Source of the DNA: Cycas panzhihuaensis
Taxonomy: Eukaryota > Plantae > Cycadophyta
Assembly (NCBI GenBank): GCA_023213395.1
Contig: CM041465.1
Span: 173,607,741 to 173,671,740, forward strand
Direction: 5' to 3'
DNA: 64,000 nucleotides
Position 1 is the first letter of the stretch. The number at the start of each line of letters is the position of its first letter. Below the pieces are notes generated by a model. That model was not told the DNA's origin. It made no database searches and was given only the letters and a program-made list of their open reading frames with translations. The translations under genes and the position numbers were made by a program. Shown here in pieces: positions 36,701 to 46,800 of this stretch.

Positions 36701-39700
36701 ATGATGCTCTTGTTGCTACTTGGGAAGCCAAAGATGAAATTGCTTTGGCATTCCTACATATGATTATTGATGTTCATGTAGATTAGAATATTGTGTGTGC
36801 AAAGACTTCCAAGGAAGCATGGGACATTTTGTCATCCTTGTATGAAAGGCGAGATGAAGCTCGCATATTGATGGTAAAAGCTAAGTTGTATTCTGTAAAA
36901 TTTGTCAAGCCTATGTCGGCTTTTCTTTCCTCCATCAAGGAGGTATGTAATGAATTGAATACATTAGGTAGTCCTACTTCTAGAGATGAGCTTATAACAA
37001 CAATTGTCAAAGCTTTGCCTAAGGACTACAATGGTTTTATTTCTTCCACTACACGAGATGCTTCACTCAAACAAATGTCTTTCAATGAATTTGAAAGCTC
37101 GTTGCTTCAGGAGGAGCAGATTTACATCAAGGACAATGATGACGAACCATCCACATTAGGGGCATTCACGACCAAATCAAAGGCCAAGCAGAATCCCAAA
37201 CCTGCACTTTAAAAGCAGTTTGAAAACATGAACATTGGATCCTCAAAGGCTAATGTTGTTTGTCATTATTGTGGCAAAGTTGGCCACATAGCACCTAATT
37301 GTAGGAAGAAACAAGCAGATCTTCAACACACACGACAGTAGCAACAGCAGCCACGTCAGAAAAATCAAAGACAACAATTCCAACAACGTCAACAATTCCA
37401 ACAGCAACGGTTTCAGCAACAAAAGTAGCAGCAACCCCTCGATGAAATCAAGGTGCCTATTGAAGAGGTCAAAGAGAAAGGAAGGGTTTTAGAGGTGGCA
37501 ATCAACACCACTTCAATCAGTTTGCAGATGAGGACAAACTATTTTGTGCTTATCATACATCTAAGGTTGATCAAACTTGGATCATTGACTCTGGAGCTAC
37601 TCAACACATGACTGGAAGTGAAGAACCTCTTTGCGACATCAAGGAAGGGAAAGATCAATCGGTGACCTTTGACAATAATGAATCTGTTAAGGTTTATGGC
37701 ATAGGCACAATCGCTCCATTCCATTCTCCTTCCAATCCTTCCTCTACATTTCCTAATGGCAATGCCTATTTCATACCTTCCATGGAGAAGAGCTTGCTAT
37801 CTGTTAGCAAATTAGACAAGCAACAGATGAGCATTTTGCTCAAGAATGGGAAATGTGTAATAAGTGACAAAAATGACCAGGTAGTAGCTATTGGATATGA
37901 GTATCATGGCCTCTACAAATTGGATGCTAATAACATAATACTTGATTCTGGTTACTCTGGTTCCATTATCACTCAAACTTTGTCCAAGATGCAACTTTGG
38001 CATCAACGTCTAGGCCACTTGAGCTTAGACAATCTCAAGCAGATCGTGAACAAAAACATGGTACATGGGCTTCCAAAGATGTATGGCACAAAATGTCTTT
38101 GTGAAGCATGCATAATGGGGACACAACATCGCGTGCCTTTCCCTAAAGGCAAAGCTTGGCGTGCATCATATCCTTTGCAATTAGTACACTCAGATTTGTG
38201 TGGACTTATGTCCACCGCATCCTTTGGAGGAGCTTTGTACTACATCTCCTTCATTGACGATTTCTCCCATAAAGTTTGAGTTTACTTCATCAAGCATAAG
38301 TCTGAAGCATTTCAAAAGTTTAAGGAATTAAAGCTTGAAGTGGAGAACGAGTCTAGCCAATCCATCAAAATACTAAGGACAGACAATGGAGGTAAATTTA
38401 CTTCAAAGGAATTCACCTAATTCTGCAAGGATAATGGCATTCGGAGACAACTTACTATTCCTCACACTCCTCAACAAAATGTAGTCTTCGAAAGAATGAA
38501 TAGAACTTTGACTAACAAAGCCAAAGCAATGATACATGCAAAAGGACTCACTTGAGCTTACTTGGCAGAGGAATTCCACACAACTGCCTATGTGGCAAAT
38601 CGAAGTCCAACAACAACAGTCACCGACATCACACCAAATGAGGCATGTTCTCGCAAAAAGCCAACTGTCAGCCATTTGAGGACTTTTGGCTGCACTGCTT
38701 ATATGCACATTCTGAATCAGCAAAGAACTAAATTAGACAACATAGTCTAAAATACATCTTTGTAGGTTATGCCATTCATAGCAAAGCCTACAAGTTGTAT
38801 GATCCCATTAGAAAGAAAATGCATCTTTCAAGAGATGTAATCTTTGCTGAAGAAGATCACAAGGAGTTGGATACAACATCCATCCAACACCCCATTGACA
38901 AAGGCAAAAAGATTGTTGAGGCCTTTCTTCCCTCTCAATCTTTAACTCCCTGTACATCATTTGTACATGTTGGACCATCCACATCATCAGAATTGGCTCC
39001 ACTTGATCCTAGCACATCTTTTGTTGATCAACCACTTAGACCAGAAGATCTTGAGGTTCAAGTTACATCAATAAAAAAGTTACCAAAATGGTATACTCAA
39101 ACAGTGTAAGACGGCCAGATTGTTGAAGGAAACAAACCAATTTTGCACTTATGGCTGAAGTGCTTTGTGTTGACGAGCCTTTCACTTTTAAGGAGGCTGT
39201 TGACTTCTGCTGGGGTCTTATTACACTTACGAGATACCTCTGCTCACTTGTCAAGGTTACACAACGCTATAGTCTAGTTTTAGGATACTGTCAACATGGT
39301 CATTCACATATTCCACATACATTCCATATATAATTGACAGAATGGTACACAGCAGTACAGAAATCAATACATACTCAACAAATCATCATCACAACACCAA
39401 GAATACACCAATTTCCACGTAACTCTTCCTTTTATTAAGTCAATAGTTCATTTACAGAGGTGGAATGCATTCTGAGCATTCCAAGTAGCATACGATCTTT
39501 CATTACAATGCGCACTGGAAGGTACTTATCATACGGTGATGCTCCAAATGGCTATCATGCGCATCGCTTCCCGCACCTTTGCGCACACGATATCCGGCTC
39601 TCACTCGAGAGTATACAATATGATTGACTCACTCGGCTCTCCTGCGGAATGCTCCTCAAACCATCATTAAATATGTCCCTTTCATCCCTTTTCGGTCAAA

Positions 39701-40487
39701 CGTTATGACCCAAACTCATAACCATACCTGTTTGTCACCAAGGTACGCTTTCAGTTTAATGATTAGTTATAGAGTTTAAGTAATGTCTCTTACGCCGTCG
39801 TGACGTCCGTGACGCACGTCTGGCAGCCCCTGGGCTTCCACCGGTCCCGTCCCCGCCATGCGTCGCCTGCTCGGTTACGTCCGCCACCGGTACGCATCAT
39901 GCATACCCGCCTGCACGCACCGCCATACGCACCTGCACGCTGATTTCTTCAAGCTTCACCTTGTGCGCATTCTGTATGGTCCGTACTTGCATTCCTTTGG
40001 TCAATACAAGCTCGTATTCCGTCTTCCTCGAGGCCTATGTGTCACAATATGTCCCAACATCTATCCGGGTCAACATGATTGGGTTGAGCATCCTTGCTCA
40101 ACAAAAATTCAAAATTTGGGGTATTCCTCCCCTCTCTGTCTAAGGTCGCTCCTGCCGCCTCTACTCACGCTTCTACGCCATTCTTGGTTAATAAATCCTC
40201 ATCTATTGGCGCTTTGTTTTGTTTGACTCTCCTTGATTTTCCGTATGATGGTATATCTTTCCTCCATGCTTCACCATATTGTTTATGATATGAGTTACGG
40301 TTGTTTTTCCTGCTTTTTAATTTTTTGTATTTTATGTTACATACCGAATCGAATCACGTTCCGCTATCAAGGCAATTTGATTTTGCCTCAACTTCATGCA
40401 ACACGCTATGGTACAACCAACTGATTCGGCTGGTAAGTTGCTCCACCCTAGTTGATATAGGGTTTCAGTTTACTACCCTTGACCATT

Positions 40488-41642
40488 TCAGGTAGTAGCT
40501 GGCCTGATAGTTTCTTCAATCGATAGTGTCGCTCCAGACACCTTCTCAATCCTATATGGGCCCTTCCACTGCATCTTCAATTCTCCTTGGGTTGTTTGGG
40601 ATTTGTTGTCGAATCGCCATACTCGACCACCCTTCTTGAAATGCGATGTCTTGTCGTGGCGGTCGTGCCTTGTCCTTTTCCGCCTTTTCCTTGGTGTGGT
40701 ATGCTTTGTCGATTTCTTCTTATGATCCCTTAATTGGTCTTCTCCTAACCAATGTTCTCCACAATGTCTCAAATGGGAAATTCCATATAGTGGTTCTCCA
40801 TAAAAGGGCTTCACATAATCTCCAACATATTCTCCATGATTTCTATCTTTTGGAGTGGCAACTATTTCGGTCACATTCCGAGAAAGTAGGTTACATCTAT
40901 AGGATGAGGGGTTGACTTCATAATTGTCCCGTAGCCAATAATTCACAAATCTCATCTCGTTTTCATCATCTGAAAAATTGTAAATTTCTCCAAAATAGGT
41001 CAGTTCTTCTTTCTGGTAATGGGTCGATGTTGCAGGCTTCTCCGCAGTATGATAGAGGTTTTCTTTGTCACATGAAGAAGTTGTTGCTTCCCTTACAACG
41101 GTTGTACTTGATCCGTTGTCAGGTATCACCTTAATGGAGTTCTTCCCCAACATTGGTAATACTACTTTATTTCCTTCATCTGACAAGGTAAAGGTTACGT
41201 CTTTCCAACTTTGGAGACATTGGGTTTTGTATAGCCATGGTCTCCCCAATAAAGCTGGATACGGAGTTGCACCTTTCTCCGTTTCCACAATCGTAAAATC
41301 AATCTTTACGACAATTCCTGCCACATCCACCTTGGTGTTGGTCAGTTTTCCCATGGGTCGTACCAATAGCTCATTAGCCAACTTCAGCGAATAAGTCGCT
41401 GCTTCCAACTTCGGGCTTCCCAATTTACGCCATGTTGCAGCTGGTAACACATTTACTGCTGCACCTCCATCCACAATTACTCGAGGAAATGTTTCTCCCA
41501 ATACTGACATGGTTACCATTGGATCCATGTCGAATGATGGTATAACTTGTTTCAAACTTTTGGTAATTCCCTTCTGTAACACTCCTCCTTTGATCCAATC
41601 AATAACCTGAGACAGAGGAATAGTTAACTGCAACTGTTTCAC
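40488..41642 (-). CDS. Retroviral-type aspartic protease fused in frame to the integrase C-terminal GPY/F segment
   Basis: Open 384-aa frame: IVDGGAAVNVL...LLGRPWL, then HFKKGGRVWRFDNK...GELKMQWKGPY. Confidence 0.75.
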   Translation of the reverse strand: MKQLQLTIPLSQVIDWIKGGVLQKGITKSLKQVIPSFDMDPMVTMSVLGETFPRVIVDGGAAVNVLPAATWRKLGSPKLEAATYSLKLANELLVRPMGKLTNTKVDVAGIVVKIDFTIVETEKGATPYPALLGRPWLYKTQCLQSWKDVTFTLSDEGNKVVLPMLGKNSIKVIPDNGSSTTVVREATTSSCDKENLYHTAEKPATSTHYQKEELTYFGEIYNFSDDENEMRFVNYWLRDNYEVNPSSYRCNLLSRNVTEIVATPKDRNHGEYVGDYVKPFYGEPLYGISHLRHCGEHWLGEDQLRDHKKKSTKHTTPRKRRKRTRHDRHDKTSHFKKGGRVWRFDNKSQTTQGELKMQWKGPYRIEKVSGATLSIEETIRPATT

Positions 41643-43723
41643 TAGATTCTAGATTGTCCATCAATAGCAACATTCTGGGAATATCTTCTGCTGGTAATCC
41701 TTTAAACAACTCTTCCATTTGCACCATTTGGGGTTTTGTCGTCAGTTCTTCCAGTAGTTTTTTTGGCTCTTTTTGTTTATTTTTCCGCACATAAACATAT
41801 TTTGTCTCCGGTTTACCCATTGGTAGTATATTCTCCTCCCGGACTAAACCATCTAACACTTGTTTCGCTTGTTTGTATCGATCCATCTCTGTTGGGGTGT
41901 TTGGATATCCTTCATCCAATTTCTCTTTTTGTTTGTTCTGCAATTTCACATTCTTCGTTTCTGGCACGATTGTCATCAGGTTAGTCGCTTTAGCTTTACC
42001 CTTACAATCCTCCGTTTTGTGGTCGCTTGGGCCACAATTACTGCATACGAACGGCTTCTGTTCGTATTCTTGCTTCATTGGGCATTCGGATTTCCAAAGG
42101 TCTGAATCAGACAAATGAGGCATCTCCCCATCGGTTGTTTCTTCCTCGAGGGTTCTGGTGCGCCCCTCGTTGTATACACATTCCAAGGTGGGTTGCCTCT
42201 TCCCCGACCTCGACCTTTGAATGCTTTTCCCCTGGAATTGTAGAAACAATCCTTGGTTGTATGGGTATCAACCTCACATATGTGGCACCACTTCTCCTGT
42301 TGGTGCGTCGCACTGTTTTTTAAGTTCAGATCACATTCTCGGGTGGTATGTGAGTTTTCTTCACAGATATGGCACCACTTGGTTACCCTTCCAGTGTGCT
42401 CTTTCTTCTTGGGTGTCTCTTCCTCTTCCCGATTATTCCTGATTTTCAATCTGGCTACCTCTTTTCTTAGTGCCTCCAATTCCGACTCCTCTTCTGCTAC
42501 CCCTACCTGGCAGAAGGGTCGATTATACTGGTTCTGCTTCAATTCTCTAATCTCATCTTGCAATCTTAACAGCAAGGAATCTTGTCCTCCTGCTTGGGCA
42601 TCCATTTCCATCTCGAAATCTAATGCCATATCCTGAGCATTCTTAAATGACTTTAGCGGATGAGCATGCATCATAGCTCGCAACTTCTCATTCAGCCCTC
42701 TTACGAAGTAATTCTTCATGTTATGATCCGTGATCGTTTCATTGATCATGCTCGCTGCAATAATCTTCATTTGGCTAATGTGAGTTAGGACGGATTCTAC
42801 TTACCTCGATTTCGCAGTCACATTTCCACGACTTCATTATCATGAAACTTTTGGAATCTCTCCTCAAACGCTTTCTTAATCTTTACCCATGGCTCATTTT
42901 TGTTTATTTCCTTATACCAAGCCAAGGGTACTCCTCTCAATGTACAGGCGAAGCGTGTTTTAATTTCATCTTCGTCCGTAATCTTTTTGACATCAATGAG
43001 GTTCTGAAAGAGATACACATGCTCTGCTACGTCTGAAGTATCATTAAAGATTAATTTCCCAAAGTCTCTATAGTCGTCCATTTTGGGAGATTGCAATCCC
43101 CCACCGATGGTGATCTTTCCTCCTCCGCCTTTTGGGGATGCACCGAGTAACTACTACCGTACTATCTTTTCCAAACAACGGATTTTTGAACGGAGTTTTT
43201 ATGTGTATAGGTTCCACTACACCTGGAACTTGTATAGTCAATGGTGTTACCGTAATGTAAGATTGATCCGATCCCCTTTCTGTCGAATCTTCAAAAGTCG
43301 CCTCGTTAGCTTGTTTTCCCAATATGCCGAGGGACCTTCCTCCGCCTTCTTATCGCTGTCACCTAGGTCCTTCGGGCTGTCCTCCACTGGTATACTTCCC
43401 TCTGTTAGAATCTCTTTATGTTTTTCATCCACTTTAGGTTTCCCTTCAATTTCTGGGCTAAACAAATCATCTCTGATAGGGGCTGGTGTCAGTACCATGT
43501 GTTCGCCATGGGTTTCCTCTTCCTGAGGTGTCTGGGCTCCACTTGCCTCAGATCCTTCAACGGACTGTCCCTTAGTCTCGTTGTTTTGGGAACTCAACCT
43601 CCTCGCCCTTCTGAGTTTTGCTTCTTTTGACCATCTTAGTGCCCTTTGTCTTCTGGTTTCCTTTTCCTTAGGTGAAGTATCCTTCTCGGGCTCTTCCAAC
43701 CTTGAAGGCCTCTTAGGTGGCAT
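41599..43723 (-). pseudogene. gag of element 2 (capsid plus several CCHC knuckles), frameshifted
   Basis: FACTLRGVPLAWY...FEERF, YFVRGLNEKL, CHICEENSHTTREC, CHICEVDTHTTKDC and CSNCGPSDHKTEDC. Confidence 0.85.
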
Positions 43724-43848
43724 TGGAAGGTCCCCTGGCTGCCGGTGGCTTAGTTACAGCCCGCCATCACGGCGACCAGGTCCTCTGCCCTTTACACATT
43801 CTTTTTCTCTTTGAAACCCCTAGGCCCTGTCCCTCCTCAACGGACGTA

Positions 43849-43861
43849 GGCAACGGAACCA
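43849..43861 (-). promoter_or_regulatory. Primer-binding site TGGTTCCGTTGCC, complementary to the plant cytosolic tRNA-Glu 3' end
   Basis: Lies 1 nt inside the 5' LTR boundary. Matches the recalled tRNA-Glu 3' end ...GGCAACGGAA-CCA over 13 nt. Confidence 0.8.
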
Positions 43862-46800
43862 ATGTTGACTTGGGAGGTGTCTTATTACACTTACGAGATA
43901 CCTCTGCTCACTTGTCAAAGTTACACAGCACTATAGTCTAGTTTTAGGATACTGTCAACATGGTCATTCACATACATTCCATATATAATTCACAGAATGG
44001 TACACAAAGATGTAAATCAATACATACTCAGCAAATCATCATCACAACACCAAGAATACACCAATTTCCACGTAACTCTTCCTTTTATTAAGTCAACAGT
44101 TCATTTACACAGAGGCTAGAATGCATTCCTGAGCATTCCAACAGCATACAGTCTTTCTGTTACAATGCGTACCTATAAGGTACTTATCATACAGTGATGC
44201 TCCAAATGGCTATCATGCGTACTGTCTCCTGCACCTTTGCGTACCCGTGATATCCGGCTCTCACCCTCGAGAGTATACAATATGATTGACTCACTCGGCT
44301 CTCACACTGGAATGGTCCTCAAAGCACCATTAAATATGTCCCTTTGATGCCTTTTGGATGAAAGGTTATGACCCAAAGTCATAACCATACCTTTTTGTCA
44401 CCAAGGTACCCTTTCACTTTAATCATTAGTTATACACTTTAACTAATGTCTCTTTAGGTCCATACGTCCGTACGCACTCGCCTCCTGTGCTTCCACCGTC
44501 CTGCATCGTCATGTGTACCGCCTGCTCGGTTACGCTCCGCCATGGTAGATACCGCCATGCGTCTGGCCTGTGCACGCACTGCCATACGCACCTGTAATGT
44601 TGATTTCTTCACTGTTTCACCTTGTGCGTACCTCTGTACGGTCCGTACTTGCATTCCTTTGGTCAATACAAGCCTGTATTCCGTCTTCCTCGAGGCCTAT
44701 GTGTCACAATATGTCCCAACAGAGGCTTCTAAAAATGAAAATTGGAAGGCTGCCATGGATGAAGAAATCAATTCTATTGAAAAGAATGGAACTTGGGATT
44801 TGGTCGAATTGCCTAAACACAAACAGGCAATCAACTGCAAATGGGTCTACAGGACCAAATTCCATTCTGATGGTACACTTAAGCGCCAGAAGGCCCGCCT
44901 TGTTACAAAAGAGGTACAAACAAAAGGAAGGCATAGATTATGAGGAGACTTTTGCACCAGTGGCTAACATGAACACCATCAGACTCATCTTGGCCTTAGC
45001 AGCTCAATGCAAATGGCTGGTTTTTCAGATGGACATGAAAAGTGCCTTTCTGAATGGCGATATTCAAGAGGAGGTATACTTGGAGCAACCTACTGGTTAC
45101 AAGGTACAAGGCAAGGAGCATTTAGTTTGTTGCCTAAAAAAGGCATTGTATGGCTTGAAACAAGCTCCAAGAGCATGGTACTCAAAGATTGATGATTACT
45201 TTTGAGACATGGGTTTCATCGATCTACTTTAGATCCTAACTTGTATATCAAAGTTGGGAAAGACCATGCCATTTTCATTGTCTTGTATGTAGATGACTTA
45301 GTGATCACTGGCAATGAGACTAAGATGGTACATATTCTCTAGGATGACTTGAAGAATTTCAAGATGACAGATCTTGGACTTCTCCATTATTTTTTAGGCT
45401 TTGAGGTATGGCAACATCTAGGCTATATCTTCATCTCCCAAGCTAAATATTCTTGGGACATTTTGCAGTGGTTCAGGATGCACGATTGCAAACCGACACC
45501 TACACCCATGGAGAATGGCACAAAGCTTACTCTCAATGAGGAAGCTGAACCAGCAGATCCCACTCTTTATCGGCAGTTGATTGGGAGTCTCATTTATCTC
45601 ACCAACACTCACCCTGATATCTCATTTACAGTTGGGATTTGCTCTAGATACATGTCTCAACCCAATCAGAAGCATTGGAATGCAGCTAAATGCATACTCA
45701 AATACATCAAAGGCTCATTGCAACATGGCCTTGAGTATGCACATGACGAAAACTTCACTCTGGAAGGATTCTCGGATTCTGATAGGACAGATTGCTAGGA
45801 TAGCAAGAGATCAACCTCGGGTTACTATTTTACCCTTGGTTCAACAATTGTTTTGTGGAGTTGCACGAAGTAACCCAATGTTACCTTGTCTTCCATCGAA
45901 GCAGAATACAAAGTTGCAGTCAACGCAGCTTGTGAAGCTATCTGGCTATGACAAATTCTTAGGGAGCTTGGACTTTAGCAAGATCACCCCACCAGGATTT
46001 ATTGTGACAATCAAAGTGTGCTCAAGTTGGCCAAGAATCCTTTCTTTTATGCAAAGACCAAACATATTGAGGTTTATCATCACTTTATCAGAGAGCATGT
46101 GCAAAGCGATGAGATCAACCTTCAATACAGACCAACAGAGCAACAGACAACAAATATCTTTAACAAGCCACTCGGCAAAGAAAAATTTGTAAAATTTAGA
46201 GATGGTCTAGGGGTCCGACTTAACATTGTAAACAGTAAGGGGGGGTGTTAAACCTTATGTTTACATGTACTTTTGTACTTTAGGGGTGACTTTCACTTAA
46301 GTGATAAAGTGCACACCCATATTCTTTCCTAGTGATACGACATTGTCACTAAAGGGTTAAATGGACCTCCATGCACTTTTGCTCACTTGAGAGCCCAAAA
46401 GGACACGTCCTACATGCAAGGCATAGACCTTGGATGTTTAACACTTGTCAAACATCCAATGGCTTAGGTCTTTCCTTTCACTCTATATATTGAGACCTCT
46501 TCTCATTGTTCTCATATAGAGTTAGAGTTGTATTATTATGCTGCCAGTTTGCTAATCCAACTACTATTCATTTGGAGGTTGGACCAATTCCAACTCCTCA
46601 TATTTGATATCACTTTGCTCTTTCTCTTCATGCTTGATCTTGCTCATGTTTGATCTCATATTTTCATTATTAGTTTAGTTTATCTTCTTTCTAGAACTAG
46701 AGTGAATATAGCTTCTAGATCTTGGGATTCTAAGGCCATTTAGCCATTTCTACAGCCTTGTGTTTATAGGATTGTTATTTTTAGGTCAATACAGGACTGT

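Larger units (their letters stand above)
39198..44721 (-). mobile_element. Non-autonomous Gypsy element ('element 2'; gag and protease, no RT, RH or integrase core) nested in Copia D
   Basis: LTRs at 39198-40059 and 43863-44721, TSD GAGGC. Removing it restores Copia EPFTFKEA|[13 protein letters not shown]. Confidence 0.95.
33507..46754 (+). mobile_element. Full-length Ty1/Copia element ('D'), decayed, with a ~2.4-kb 5' leader
   Basis: LTRs at 33507-34054 and 46246-46754, TSD GCCTT, Met PBS at 34057, PPT AAGGGGGGG. Gag (CHYCGKVGHIAPNC), PR (WIIDSGATQHM), INT (LWHQRLGH, VHSDLCG), RT ([15 protein letters not shown]) and RH (KTKHIEV). Confidence 0.96.

Noticed and set aside
39589-39640. tRNA-Glu gene or SINE
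   Set aside because: Only the anticodon-arm segment matches. There is no acceptor stem, T-arm or B-box.
44542-44943. Novel fusion ORF
   Set aside because: Chance read-through from the element-2 LTR into Copia RT across the insertion junction. The same applies to 27621-28082 and 39151-39333.
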